A stretch of DNA of 63,885 nucleotides, filler included, from Octopus bimaculoides (taxonomy: Eukaryota): assembly GCF_001194135.2 (NCBI RefSeq). It is 10 parts of 7 records of this genome, joined end to end, with 100 filler letters (N's around TTAATTAATTAA, not from the genome) between each part and the next. Parts side by side here need not be neighbours in the genome. Positions count along the whole stretch, not along the records: positions 21,224 to 36,297 come from NC_069001.1; positions 36,398 to 44,453 come from NW_026404545.1; 8 more parts are not named here. One strand, written 5' to 3'. The position numbers were made by a program, and so were the translations under genes. Positions 22,636-37,730 of this stretch are shown piece by piece (positions within the stretch are counted from its first letter, which is position 1; every line of letters starts with the position of its first letter). The notes below the pieces were generated by a model. That model saw nothing but the letters and a program-made list of their open reading frames with translations. It did no database searches and had not been told where the DNA came from.

Positions 22636-24006
22636 CTATGTGCATGTGTATATACATTACATACATTAAAAAAATTTTCGTTTACAAGTTCTTATTTTTC
22701 ATTACAAAACCTTAACATCAGAAGTTTATGACGGTCCGGCCGAGTAAAACTGAAATGTAAGTGGTTCATAGGTAGAAAATTATCGAGAAATGGTTATGAA
22801 ATGGCTGAGAACCACTAACATAATACAACATCGTTCTTAGTAGTTGATCTCTGTTGAATGATTACTTATAATATTGTTATCCGAACAATTAAAACTTCCG
22901 ATTACTTATTTGATCTTGTCCTTATGTGTTCACAGTTCACATTATACAAAATAATTTTGTTTTCAAATTGTGTTAATGTGTGAATTTTAATTTATAAAGA
23001 AACATAGAACAAATTTTGTTCATATCGCACCAACCTCCGCATAAAAATAACAAAAAAAAAAACTGTGACCCTATAGCATGAGGAGTAACTACTATTATGT
23101 TCAAGACAATGAAATCGATATTATTATTTATAGAATCTTGATTTGAAATCGTAGCTATGTTATGTCTTAGAATCTTAGTGGTCTCACTTCAGTGTTTATC
23201 GATTTGATGTTAACGTATTATGTCAAAGTAGTAGAGTTGCTAAAACTTCTAAAGCCTGGAGACTGTTCAAAGCTATTTTAGTTCATACTTAGAGTCGTTT
23301 ATTTCAAATCGTCTAGCAGCTAAAATTCTAAAGCTTAGTTATCCAAAATAAGTCATGAAACCACAGAACGGTTCTTCTTACGAACTCTGTTCACAGACGC
23401 GTTACAACGCTTTTAAGTGTATGGAATTTCACTTTGAATATGCAGAAAACTGAACAATACAATGCATAAACAAATGCTGACACTCACAGGCAATGAGTTG
23501 AAAGCTGCTATCAAACGATTCTATGGCCCGTAAAATAAGAATACAGAATCTTATGGAATGGAAAGCTTGTATTTATTCAACTACGCTCTATTAATCAATG
23601 AACGAAAATAAAGCCATTCTGAATACATCAAAATCTTTAATACAAATGAAAGAATAGGCGTGTAAGATCCTGAAACTTTGGATCTTCTCCACCAATATAA
23701 AAGCAGTTCACGTAATCATTTTAATATTTTCTCTCACAGAAACTGGACCTGCTGCCTGTATAATATTGGTACTGTGGCCCAATATTTATGTGCATAAACA
23801 TGTCATACGTGTCAAACATAATTTATATATTTGTGAGTCACTGAACATGTAATACACTAAGTTACTGTCCCAATACATATTTGGCTCCTGTACGCATATG
23901 ACATGCATAAGATGTCTCCTCCTCCTCCTCCTTCTTCTTTTTCTTCTCTTTCTTCTTCTTCTCTTTCTTCTTCTTCTTCTTCTTCTTCTTCTTCTTCTTC
24001 TTCTTC

Positions 24007-24046
<40 letters not shown>

Positions 24047-24111
24047 CTTTAGTAGTAGTAAGAGTAGCAGCAGCAGCAGCATCAATAGTGACTGTATTTA
24101 GCCACATTCGT

Positions 24112-24150
<39 letters not shown>

Positions 24151-25919
24151 TGCTTAAACACATTCCCATACATGTTCGTATGTCTATATGTATGTATGTA
24201 TGCATGCATGCATGAATGTATAATTGCATGTATGCAAATGTATGTACATGTATAATATATAGGCCGCCTATATTTCGTATTCTTTAATGGTGTTTGTCTC
24301 TCTCTCGCGTATTTAAACAAAACTCTAAACATTTTTCAATCATTTTTATTTCTGCCAAATGTAGAGTTAACGCCAAGACTATCATTATTCGTTTCTACAC
24401 TATCACACCCACGTTATTTTAAGCATCGACAGTAAATGAGGTAACAGCGCTTTGTGTCTCTTAGTAATTGTGCTGCTTCTTTGATCCTTATAAACTTCTA
24501 CCGGTTTATTTTTTTTGCATCTGCAGTTCTCGTTATGTCAATTATAAAACACCCTCTCTTTTAGTCCAAGTTACAATTTAACAATCCATACTATTTTCCT
24601 TTTAATGTAATCTGTAAAACTATTCATCCTTTGTTTCCATTCCTTTTCATAATGCGTCAACTTTAGTTACTGGCTGCTCCATGATATTGTTTTTATTGTT
24701 AGGATTTTCTAGTTCTTTTTTTTTTTTATTTTAATGATTCTTTTTCGCAATTTCCACCATAATTCTGATTCTGTCAGTCGCCATTTCTTTGATTATTTTC
24801 TCTATTCAGTCTAATGTCGTCACCATCAAAATACTATTTTCCTTTAATGGAATGGTAGTATTGTTTTCTTTAATTTCTCTTTGCTTTGCATTTCTCAGCA
24901 GTTATTGTCTTTCATTGCTATGCAGCCGGCATTTCTAAATACAAATACACGGATATCATTTTATATTGTTTTTTGCATTTTCTTTTGCTTTGTATTTTTA
25001 TTTCATATTTATTTATTTATTTATTTTCTTTTACTCGTCTTCTGCATTTGACAACATTTCTTTTCTTTAGGATATCTACGCACAACACGATTTCATATTT
25101 TTATTTGGCTGAATATTCTCTGAGGATAATCATCATTATCGTCGATACGTATACGTAGAGGATATCCCAGGGCTTTGACTGAATATCCTTAAGCTTTTGA
25201 TAAATGACCTTGCACGATCCAGTCATGAAATAACCGTGAAGGGCCTTCTGTATTTTCTATTTTAGTGTTTCTCCTCAATGTATAATCTCTCTACAGCTTT
25301 GCCCAAAGAACAATATATACCAACAAGAAATCCTAATAATTTCTCCCAACATTTCGTGGGAAAATGCTGCTTTACGATGAGATATGGTTTGTTTTCTCTT
25401 ATGTTTATTTTGATTTCTTTTATAGAGGCTTGTTCTCGAATCTTGCCAGTAACTAAATGGTCTTTTGTTAGATTATTTAGACTCACGGGAGACGCAGATG
25501 TTTTTCTCTACTACATTTGTGTTAAAGTACAGATTCTCATACACTTTTCATCAAAGTTATGTTCTTAATTCTGCATTTGCAAAAATTCTGGTATGGTTAA
25601 TAAAGCAATGTTTATTTACTGCATTTTCTATTTTAACTCAGCAAAACTGATATTTGTAAATGAGTGTATCAGAATGTGAGTTAATTGGTCTGTGTGTCTA
25701 CTGACAACCTTTTTACGATGAGCGTCGTGCAAACGTGCGTTTATGTTTTGATTTAAAAGATATTTAAAAGTGTTTTGCTCTCTAAATTTTTTCTAATCGT
25801 TTGGATTTTAGATGAAGGTAACATTTTCTCAAATTATTCTTAACACATGGAATTATTACTACAAACGATCTGCTTACACAACTATTTTCAAAGAATGCCA
25901 AAATGTCAAACGAAGGGCA

Positions 25920-26085
25920 AGAGGGGTGGCTGTGTGGTAAGCGTCTTGCTTATCAACCACAGGGATCCGGGTTCTGTCCCACTGCGTGGCACCTTGGACA
26001 AGCGTCTTCTACTATAGCTTCGGGCCGACCAAACCCTTGTGAGTGGATTTGGAAGACGGAAACTGAAAGAAGCCCGTCGATTATC
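25920..26085 (+). mobile_element. SINE family B, 5' module
   Basis: GGGTGGCTGTGTGGTAAG...CACCTTGGACAAGCGTCTTCTACTATAGC...GACGGAAACTGAAAGAAGCCCGTC. Confidence 0.88.
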
Positions 26086-26129
26086 CATAGATGATCTTTA
26101 AAACGTGAATATCTGAAATAAACCCGCCT

Positions 26130-26375
26130 GCTCTCACAAACGAGAATACTAAAAATGAACCCGACCGCTCTCAAAAATTAAGTAAAAAAACAGGAAAAAT
26201 AATCAAGAATCCGTGGCCGGTACCGGATCGATATCAAATTCAGTTCGTGCCAGTCTCGAGGTCAAACATCCCTGAAAGTTTCATCCGAATCCATCCAGCG
26301 GTTCTTGAGATATCTTGTCCATGGACAAACAAACACGACTGAAAACAATACCTCCGCCTTCGCTAAGGCGGAGTT
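26130..26375 (+). mobile_element. Helentron/HINE-like non-autonomous element, 3' end
   Basis: Ends in AACAATAC-CTCCGCCTT-CGCT-AAGGCGGAG, a 9-bp GC-rich stem at 26352-26373, preceded by AAGTTTCATCCGAATCC...GACAAACAAAC. This layout is typical of HINE 3' termini. Confidence 0.6.
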
Positions 26376-26472
26376 GTTAATAATAATAATAATGGTAATA
26401 AGAAGAAGAAGAAGAAGAAGAAAAAGAAGAAGAAGAAGAAAAAGAAGAAGAAGAAAGACAACAGCAACAACA

Positions 26473-26685
26473 ATGGTTTCAAATTTTGGCACAAGGCCAG
26501 CAAGTTGGCGAGAGTGTAAGTCGATTACATTGACCCCAGTGCTTAACTGGTACCTATTTGATCGATCCCGAGAGGATGTACGGCAAAGTTGAGTTAGGCG
26601 GAATCTGAAGTCAGAACATAAAGACGGACGAAATACCACTGGGCACTTTGCCCAGTGTGCTAACGATTCTGCCAGCTCGCAGACT
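26473..26685 (-). mobile_element. SINE family A
   Basis: Reverse complement of GCGAGCTGGCAGAATCGTTAGCAC...GGGGTCAATGTAATCGAC...TTTGAAACC. Confidence 0.82.
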
Positions 26686-27844
26686 TAACAATGATAAGAA
26701 TATTCTTAGCTGAACAGAACTGCTAAGTTTCCTATTTATCTTCAGTACTGTGTATGAATAACTTTAACCAATCTGTATGATGTTCTCTATATTAAAAGAT
26801 GCATACTTAAAAGAGTCAGACTTCTTCCATTCATTGATAAAGCTGCTACAATTAAAAGTAATTTCCTCGTTATCGTTTTCACAGCTTTACTACATTTAAG
26901 AAGTCTTTGATTTATTCTCTTTAAATCTTTAAATTAATTTCCTAATATAAAATTGCCAATAAAAGTTAGCTCTTATGGTACATAAGTGTATGCATATGCG
27001 TTAATAGAAGTATGTATATATGTTTCTATAAGTGTGCGTGTGTGTGTGTCTGTGCAGGTATGTATGTACTTGTTACCGTACCTGTACGTACATATATGTA
27101 TGTGTGTAGAAAGACATGGAGCGCGTGAGAAGGAACATTGATCGAGATTCACTGAGATAGAGATATGTAAATATATGGATAGATAAAAAGTAGATAGACA
27201 GATACAGAGCAGCAACTCAGAAAAAGAGAGGTGACAGTGTGAGATAGACAGTTATACACACAAACACAAACATATCAATAAAAACTTACGCGTGCTCGTA
27301 TGCCATGCGTCTTTATATATACGTCATTTTGCATATGTGTAACATCTACGTATATACGTTTATGTCACACAAACTAATTTATTCTTCACGAAATAAATAT
27401 CCACTGTTAACTTAATCACACAATTTACACTTCTTCGTTACCAAATTCTTCATATCTTCATCCTTTGATTCTTGTGAATTCGACAGACCTACATTTTATC
27501 AAGGCCATTATCTTGAACGCCATGTAGGATCATCAAGGCGGTATTCTCCCAGTTATTATCCTCAGTCTCTCTTTTAATCTAATCCCTCACGATCATTGCA
27601 TTCTCTATGTAGATATCACGCAGTCTCTCTTTCTTTCGTTCTATATCCCCCCTATTTCTCTTACTTTCTTTCACTTTTATCTCATAATAATTGCGTTGGT
27701 ATATGAAAATTCATACTGCAATCTTACAAGGGAAATTTCTTTACTTTGCAGGAGAGAGAGTGATGAGACATACACTGTTGTGTACGTGTGTGTGTGTGTG
27801 TGTGTCTGTCTGTTAATATATATATGCGTGGGGGGGGGGGGGTA

Positions 27845-28246
27845 AGGCGACGAGCTGGCAGAAACGTTAACACGCCTGGCGAAATGCTTAGCGGTATTTC
27901 GTCTGCCACTGCGTTCTGAGTTCAAATTCCACCGAGGTCGACTTTGCCTTTCATCCTTTCGGGGTCGATAAATTAAGTACCAGTTACGCACTAGGGTCGA
28001 TATAATCAACTTAATCCGTTTGTCTGTCCTTGTTTGTCCCCTCTGTGTGTAGCCCCTTGTGGGTAATAAAGAAATAGGTATTTCGCCTGTCTTTACGTTC
28101 CGAGTTCCACATCAACCATGGTTGACTTTGCCTTTCATCCTTTCGGGACCAATAACTTAATTACTAGTTGCGTACTGGGGTCGATCTAATTCACTGGTCC
28201 GCTCGCCTAAATATTCGGGTCTTGTGCCTAGAATAGAAAAGAATAT
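27845..28246 (+). mobile_element. Dimeric SINE family A
   Basis: Full unit AGGCGACGAGCTGGCAGAAACG...CCCCTTGTGGGTAATAAAGAAATAG, followed directly by a second head-truncated unit ending TAGAAAAGAAT. Confidence 0.88.
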
Positions 28247-29224
28247 ATTTGTGTGTGTACCACATAGTCATTAGTTGTATCTGTCTCTCTAACTCATTCG
28301 CTCACTCACTCACCAGTCACTCTGTCGCACACCTTAATTTCTTCCTTTCTCTCGCTCTTTCTGTTTATTTTCATCTCTCTCTCTCTCTATCTCTCTCTCT
28401 CACACATTCAGAGACGTACAATCACATTCATACAAGCTATAAATACAGTATTACTTACTCAGGCGCTCAAAATTAATGATTCAACCAGTTCCTCGTACGC
28501 GTTCGTTTGATCAAAAGACGTGAACTATAATTTCTTTGCCCACTAAAACGAACTCGTATAAACGAATAACTGTGACTTGGTCCTCAGTGATTTATCCATT
28601 TTTTCAGGCATTTTTTTTCCTATAAATAAATATATATTTCTACATTTAATTTGTGCTTCTCCTTCACTTACTTCTCAACTCGTTTATTAGAAGCAGTTTG
28701 GTGGCTGCTTAGCGTTTACATGGTGTTTACATAAAAAAAAGAATATGAGACGGTGACCTAGCAGATTCGTTGAGCATCGAATAGTACATTTACATTATTA
28801 TTTCCGACTGTGTCTTTTTTTTCTGATGATGCAGGTAATAATTATAGCCTTCAGCTTCCGGGATCCTGGAATAAAGTATCAATGTCGGTCAACTTGGTGG
28901 AGATTCTTCATCTTCTTCTTCACCTTATTTTTTTCATCATCATCATCATCTTCTTTTTGTTCTTGTTTTCCTTCACATTTTGCCTCTTCTTACATTTCTC
29001 CACTTCCGCCTGCTTCTTTTTCTTCCTCTTCTTTGTCTTTTCCTCCATTGCTCTCCTTTTCCCCTCCTACTTTTCCTCTTAATCCACCGTTTACATAGTA
29101 CTTTACGAAGGAGCGTGCGAGACCACACACGGCATTTCTTTACTTAAATATGGTGCACTATTGAACGAAGACCAACCATTTTCTTTTTCAGAGAAACAAA
29201 GAAGCTATTAGACAATATCTTACT

Positions 29225-29610
29225 TCCCAATCACATGGATCCGGATTCAGCTCCACTGCGTGGAACTTTAGGCGATTGTGTCTTCTACAATAGCCTCGGG
29301 CTGGCAAAACCCTTGTGGGTGGATTTAGTAGACGAAAATCGAAATAAGTCCGTCGTATATGCATATATATTTATATGTCTATGTGTGTGTGTGTTTTGTG
29401 TGCCTCTTTGCAACTGTGCTTCTTTCCCCATCACCGTTTGACATCCGGGTGTGTATAGATCCCCGTAACTTAGCAGTTCGGAAAAAGAACCCGATAGAAT
29501 AAGTACTACGCTTTTAAAAAAATATACGTTCTGAGGTTGAATTGCTTGACTAAAACCTTTCACGGCAGTGCTCCAGCACGGCTGTAGTCGAATGACAGAA
29601 ACAAGTAAAA
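29225..29610 (+). mobile_element. SINE family B, near full length and degenerate
   Basis: Head, core, microsatellite, CTTAGCAGTTCGG...GATAGAATAAGTACT module and GCAGTGCTCCAGCACGG...GAAACAAGTAAAAGA tail. Confidence 0.82.
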
Positions 29611-30276
29611 GAATAAATGGGAGAATCTCAGATAGCCATGCAACTATCTAAATAACAAGAGGAACCTTTACAGGCTGAAATCACCTCAAGGCCACACATA
29701 AAAACGTAAACGGTGATAAAAATAAGCATCTATATGAAACAATGTAAGAACACAAAGCAAACAGATTTTACATTACTAAAATAATATATTTACTATTTTC
29801 ATATATGAAAAACTCACAAGGTCATATATCAGGGGAGGTATGGGCGCAAGTAGATTCATTCAAGTATTGTAGTTGAAGGTCACTTGTTTCAGTTAACCCG
29901 GAAAGATGAAAAGCAGAGTGGGAATCTGTCGGATTTAACACGAGATGTAAAGGAACGTAAAGAATCAGAACCATTCATTTTCATCATGGCGCTAACGAAC
30001 TTGCCAATACTCAGAGTTAACAAACATATAAAATGGAAAGTTATGGCGATAATCGAACTCGGAGCACGACATTTATGGTCCTTTGTGTTTTAAGTATTGC
30101 CAAAGAAGCACGCCAATAATCATTTATCGTTCAATGAGAAGAAGCTATTGTAAAGTTGAGTCTAATTATTGGACTATTTCCCTTTGGCTGAATATCTTTT
30201 GATCAGATTCATTCAGTCATTCAATAGCTTTGTTTTAAAAAAGAAACCTAACATTGTTTAAACACTGTGTATTCAT

Positions 30277-30335
<59 letters not shown>

Positions 30336-30670
30336 TATTATTATTATTGTTATTATTCTATCACTACTGACGGAGTGTTTAGTAGAAGAAAGGAAACAAT
30401 ACGATGATGAAAATATTAAAAAGAAAAGAAGAAAATTATGATAATATTGAAAATGATGACGATGATGGTAATATTAACGATAAAAGATCCTATAGAAAGA
30501 AAAATTATGATAATAATGATGATGATGATGGTGTTGATGATGATGATAACAATGTTGGTGCAAATGATGTGTGTAAATACATTTTTGAAAATTTAATGAC
30601 GGGAATGAATGCATATGTAAATACTATAAAACATATTTCACAAGTGAGTCTGTGTGAACATGTTATCTTT

Positions 30671-30706
<36 letters not shown>

Positions 30707-30741
30707 CAGACATACATATGTATATAGGCGTGTACATATGT

Positions 30742-30815
<74 letters not shown>

Positions 30816-30849
30816 TTATTTATTTATACACATACGCACACGCACATAC

Positions 30850-30882
<33 letters not shown>

Positions 30883-31588
30883 GATACTAAAATACACAGA
30901 CAAACGAACACAGACAGAGAGAGCGGATGATAGAGCGGCTCAGACATAGAGACTAAGACAGACACACTTGTAAAGACAGGCATAGGTAGCTAGAGACATA
31001 CATAGATGTACACGCAGAACCATTTATGCACACATATATATATATATGTATATATATACACACACACACTAAAGCACATTTTTATACGCATCAGATCGTA
31101 TCAACGTTTTATCTTTTATTGTTCTCTCATAATTGCAGTTTTGATAAAATATCGGCCATTTTGCGCATGAAAGATCTATAAATGTATATAATTTCAACTC
31201 CAGTATTAATACACAACAATATATGGCAGCAATATACAGTTATATGCTTGATTTCCTTTTTAAAATAACAACACGCAAACGTGTTCAATGATTGTGAAAT
31301 CGGCAGTCAGATCTTTATCTCGATATTCTAACATAATCGATCGGTAAAGTGACGACCATGATATGTTCGATGCAAGAGGGAATTCGATATAGGTTGCATA
31401 TATTATGGTAACCTATATAACGAATTGGGGACAGATTAGTTTTCAATCAGTTAATTAAAAATATGTAACAATATGTCAACTCATTCCATAACATCATATT
31501 TTAGATAAAAATGGGTGGAAAACAAGCAAGTAAAAACAAAAAGATATTTCCAATAAAAATTTATTCAGATGGTTTGTCTAACAACGTT

Positions 31589-31641
<53 letters not shown>

Positions 31642-33254
31642 GTGTGTTAGTGTATGTGTGTGTGTAAATATATAAATATATATGTATATATATGTCCGTG
31701 TGTGTGTATAGAATAAGAGATAGAGAAGGTGACAGACAGTCGGATGCAACTTAGAGAAGATATAGTATGCAGACTTTAAGTAAATCAATGTGGCTATCGA
31801 AATATGATTGGTTTGAAAAAAATATATTTCTATATAGAAACAGCTAAATTAATTAATCACGTATTTTTGCCTCAGAGAATAATAGCCATATTAAAACAAG
31901 CCAAAGAAAAAAAACGAAAAGAAAGGAAAACAACCCATAAAAATGAGGACAGTTTCAATGAAATTGTTTTTGGAATAAACTTATAAAATTCAATTATATC
32001 TGAATAAATAATTAATTTATGAAATAATTAATTATCTATTTAAGTATTAATATAATCGTGATACTAGGCCACACTTTAATCTGAAAAATTACATGGGGAT
32101 ATCTAAATATAAATATAGTTGTGGTACTTCTTGTTGCGGTTGTTTGAACGTATATGATTCTATTTCAACAGACCTGATAATAAGCAATTCAGGGCTCACC
32201 AAGGCCTTGTGTATGTGATTTAGAAATCTTGCATTCAGAGCGTAGCATGTACGGTTATTGTATGAATGTTCCTAAGTGTTTGACCGATCTTGCATTTTTT
32301 CTGTTTTATGGTATTTGCTGTTCTCATCGTAAATTTTACATACCTATAAAATGTTAAGTTCCTCGAATGTGGAACTCGAAATGCTGGTTGTAGATGTATC
32401 TTTGAGGTTATTTGTATTTTTATCTGGTAACTTGACCGAGTTCGTTTGCTTAGAGAAACCAACATTCATAATTACTTACAAGTCATCTTTCCACATCTCA
32501 ACCGAAAACAAACGAATTTCATAACGAATACATTGAAATAAGTACCGTCCAATAAACACTCTTATCCAGGAAATGCGTTTCCCTTTTATTTAATTTACTT
32601 GTTTCAATCGAAGGACCAGGCTTGGACACCGGCTTGAAGGATTTTGTCCAACAAATCGTTCTCAGTGCATATTTTTCATTTTTCAAAGTCTTATAATTAT
32701 ATCAGAGACACCTGCCACCAGCTTTCTTGAAAGAGTACATAGACTCGGATAATATACTAAGAGAAATCTTGCTCGACCCTCCAAAATTTCGGCACATATA
32801 TAGCTATGGATTTGTTGATTTATCGAGTGCCATAAATTAAAATCTAAGATCGCAGAACGTCTGTAGTATATCACATCGTACCGATTCAATCAAATGTCAC
32901 TGACAATTCGCTGCCTTAATTTTCAGGTTTGAAATTTTAAAATGTACTATAATAGCGAAAGTCATAGTTCACAATATCTTATTAATCATAGTTTTGTAAC
33001 GAAAATTTGGAATATTGCTCAATTAAAAACATCTATGTATTCGTATGCAATTTTTGTATGAAATATATTTGTTCCACTAAGGGTTTAAATGCGGTGCTCC
33101 AGATAGCCACCGTCCAGTAACTGAAACCAGTAAAACGTAAATAATTAACGATATAAAATATTTCAAGACACACTACAACCATACATTTTCCTTAAAGTGT
33201 GAGCTCAGATAAAAGTATTTACCAAAGTATCGAAATCAATCTTAGAAATAACCC

Positions 33255-33350
33255 ACTTTATAGAAGAAGACACTTGGGCAAAGTGCCATGTAGTGGGACT
33301 GAACCTGCAAGCATGTGGTTGAGAAGTATGTTTCTTACCACGCAACCACA
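33255..33350 (-). mobile_element. SINE family B head fragment
   Basis: AGAAGACACTTGGGCAAAGTGCCATG...GGGACTGAACC...CTTACCAC. Confidence 0.7.
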
Positions 33351-33469
33351 CCTGATTATTTTAAATAAAATCGTTTACCATCTATACAAATCACCATCTT
33401 CTTAATAATGATGTGTTTCAAATAAAACATAACACATTAAAATAATAAATAATATTTTATACATAGAAG

Positions 33470-33860
33470 CGCAGTTGTGTCTGTATGATTAAGAACCTCA
33501 CTTGCCAACCATGTGTTCTCGGTACCAAACATGTGCTCCTGGATTCGGTTTTACAGCGTTGTACCTTGGGCAAATGGCTTCTATTACAGTCCTGGGCAAA
33601 CCACTGCTTTGTGAGCAGATTTGGTTGACGGAAAGTAAATGAAGTGCGGTGTATACACTAATATTCATATATGTATATATTTATGTCTTTTAGTGATTGT
33701 TTTTGGTACACACCACCGACTACCAGCAGTTATTGGATCCTTTACGGATTCGTAATTTTGCAATAGAATAAGTACAGGGCTTAACAGTAAGTACGAAACT
33801 GTTCGAGCGGATCGCCCAGTATAGCTTTCAGTCCAATGAGTGAAACAAGTAAAAGGCATA
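33470..33860 (+). mobile_element. SINE family B, degenerate
   Basis: CCTTGGGCAAATGG...GACGGAAA...AGAATAAGTAC...GAAACAAGTAAAAG. Confidence 0.7.
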
Positions 33861-35378
33861 GTATAACACTGCCTCATAGCAAACTGATAATTCACTAGAT
33901 AAAACTAGAGTAAACTTTTGGAAGTAAGTTTACAATAAATACGTATAACAAATACGAACATACGATCATACTTATATATACACAGTTTTGTATATGACTA
34001 TATATATATATATATATAGATAGTTATAGATAGATAAATACATAGATATCTATATACATATGCGTACACAACACATATACCTATACAATGTAGCCATGCA
34101 TATATGCTGAAGCGTATATTCGTACTTAAGTGTGTGTTAATAATGTATGTATATAAATATTAGTATTGATTGATAGGAGAAAATCAGACAGATTACTAAT
34201 GAGGGCCTACTGATAATTTTGTAAGCCAGTTAACTAATAGCTTGATTGAATAGGACATAATGCTAATGGTATCTTGCCGTTGGGATATATATATCCATAA
34301 AAAATATCTAGATTTAGCAAAAGACGTACGAATTCAAACACAGATTGTAGGTATACAGACTTCTAACCACACAAAATCACACAAATTAGCACCCCCCCCA
34401 CACACACACACACAAACTCGCACGGAAGTACACACACATATACATACCTATGTACACATAATCATAAGTAAAAATATTCATGTACTTAAAGATATGCGTC
34501 TGACAGTGTCTCGTAGTGCGTGAGTTCGTACATCTTTGTGCATCTGTGTAGATACGGGTGGGTGTCCATGTGGATAAATGTGTCCACGGGAGTGTGCTTG
34601 TATAATACACGAATCTAGTAATATGCAGATATATAGACAGATAGATAGTTATGTGTATATACATATATACCTGTATATATATACATATAAATATATATAT
34701 ATATATATATATAAATATATATATATATTTGGTTTATTTATATATACAATAAAAACCAAGGCAGGACGAGTATCTGAAGTCTTTTAGAATATTTCCTTAG
34801 AGTATATATATATATATATCCATTTCCACTGACACACATACACACACGCAAATGTATATATGTATGCATATATCTACCACCTATATCATATGTCATTTAT
34901 ATGCATACATATACACAGATGTATGTGTGCATATCGTTGAAATATGTTGGTGTGATTCACTAAGTTTCCAATCACAGACATCTGCTCAGACACCTTCTAT
35001 TCCACATAAACTCAGGAACTAAAACCACATATATAAAATATACACTTCCACGTAGTCTGAAGCAGAAACTCAAGCGGCGCGGGTAATTAAATTACTACGA
35101 CGAATATTATATGTCATATACACCTTCTACACTATTTTTGATAATCGTTATTGCCATTACAATAAAAGCTTTGTTATATTGCAAGGTCATGCTACACTTC
35201 ATTGTATTATATCAGCTAAGCTTACTTTATGGAATTCACTATTTCGCTTATCAAATATGTCTGATTTTTTTTCTATCGTTTTATTATTTTGTCTCTTTTG
35301 TTCTCCTTTTGCAAATCGTATTCCCTATTCAACCATTTATCTATGTGCTGTATGCATTGACATAAACACACACGCAGG

Positions 35379-35418
<40 letters not shown>

Positions 35419-35499
35419 CACACACTCGTACATATGTACGTATTTATGTATGTGCATATCTGTCTTTGTGTGTGTATGCGTGCATGTTCTTTGTATGTG

Positions 35500-35553
<54 letters not shown>

Positions 35554-36626
35554 TATGCGTTTATGTATGTATTTGTATATGCATGTATATACACAATACA
35601 CAAATACATATATATATGTGTGTATATGTATGCGGGTTTGTCATTTTGTGCGCGTGTGTTTATTAATATATACTGCCACGTGCTTAGACTGTTTAGCAAC
35701 ACAATAAAACGTTTGTCGTACACTTCTGAATTAAACAGTATGTTTCATATCCTACAATGAATCTAATTAATTATGAACAGTCATTATTTGATCTCTGAAA
35801 TACACCGCGAATGATTCTGATCTCAGTTCGGTCATTCTATCGAGAATGTTCCTATTTCCACTTTTGATATCCAGATCTAATTCACAGACTGAAGGATGTT
35901 AAGCGAACAGTTCAGAATATGAGAATGGCTAAACATATGACAAGTAATCCAAGTAGCCATTTGGCAGCCATGTTAAAGTGTCAAAGAGCAATATATTTGG
36001 TGTTATTTGCTCCGTGTGGGAAAACGAAGTATCCGTTACAATTTTCAAAATAAATTGTTAATATATGTGCGACCAGATATGTGCAAATATTGTTTCCTTA
36101 CTCTAGAATGAGAGGTGACTCTGTGTAAACAAAATCTGTTTTTCGTTTAATTATCATCTCATGGCTACCGAGCGATTTGAATAGAGATAATTCACTTGCT
36201 AGCATTTCAGCGAATTTTCCGTTTCAGGTAAAATGGGCTTTTCATTGCAAAAAATATTTGGGAATATTATATACATATATATATATATATATATATANNN
36301 NNNNNNNNNNNNNNNNNNNNNNNNNNNNNNNNNNNNNNNNNTTAATTAATTAANNNNNNNNNNNNNNNNNNNNNNNNNNNNNNNNNNNNNNNNNNNNTAT
36401 ATATTTATTTATTTATAAATATACACACACACATCATATACCTGTGATGGTGCTTATACAGGTAAACTCACTCAGAGTTACACATATATGAATTTATACG
36501 CATACTAATATTCCTATCTACGCATTGCCTCATATATAGTATCACCTGCTTATAAATGCACACAGAGAGTATTCTTGTTTTTCTGTACGTACATACGTAT
36601 TTGTTTTTAAATAAAACTTTATTTAC

Positions 36627-36657
<31 letters not shown>

Positions 36658-36884
36658 GTACACACGGAGAAATGTATATACAGCTAGAGTTCGTTATACT
36701 GCAATTTTGCACGTATATATGCGTGTGTATGTATGAATGAATGTTTGGGTGCATTAAATTTTGTAAACATTTCTATGTTTACATATGTATATATGTTTAT
36801 ATACATATATATATATATATATATATACATATATTTATATATATATATATGTACATACATATATATATATATATAAATACATGT

Positions 36885-36937
<53 letters not shown>

Positions 36938-37247
36938 GTATATATATGAGTTCTGTATGAAGCATGTACCTAGCTAGTAAAGCACAAATTTCGGATCAAA
37001 GGAATAGCAACGGTGCACAAATACATTCGTATATGTATCTTTATATATATATATATTTACATATTTACATGCATACTTTTATGTCTATATTCGCATTTTC
37101 ATAAAGTTTTTTTTTTCTCTTTTTATATATATGTCTGCTTTATTTAATCATACACACACACGTACACAAACACGCACACACACATGTACGTTAGCTCTGT
37201 GTGCATGTATGTTTGTGTGTGCATGTTTGTGTGTGTGTGTGTGTGTA

Positions 37248-37303
<56 letters not shown>

Positions 37304-37400
37304 TTCATTAACACAATCCTTGGCGTTTACAGAAGCCACAAATAGAAAACTGTGTAGTAAGAGATAAAAATCACAAACACATAGACCCAGCACTCACACA

Positions 37401-37472
<72 letters not shown>

Positions 37473-37604
37473 ATCTATCTATCTATCTATTTATCTCACT
37501 TACTCACATATACACACAAGCTTCGGTCTGTTTCGTCTTCTTCACCGACACCGCTGCTTCTAGTACCGTCATGAACAGCACCACCATCAACAACACTTAT
37601 TATA

Positions 37605-37730
37605 CAGGGTGTCCACAAAGTCTGGGTACATGGGGATTAACACATACTTTAAGAAATTATTATTATTTCTTATATTTAATTGTGTTATGATTTTATTTAC
37701 TCCAGGTACCCAGACCTTGTGGACACCCTG
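37605..37730. mobile_element. 126-bp Tc1/mariner-type MITE
   Basis: 25-bp TIRs CAGGGTGTCCACAAAGTCTGGGTAC (one mismatch), TA on both sides, AT-rich interior. Confidence 0.88.

Noticed and set aside
24400-25560. Coding-like, stop-riddled minus-strand stretch, possibly a decayed transposase
   Set aside because: I could not recognise any diagnostic motif; a profile search would be needed.
35295-35325. Minus-strand FAKG tetrapeptide resembling NNPFAKGFRD
   Set aside because: The context is IRFAKGEQK, with no other T-box residues.
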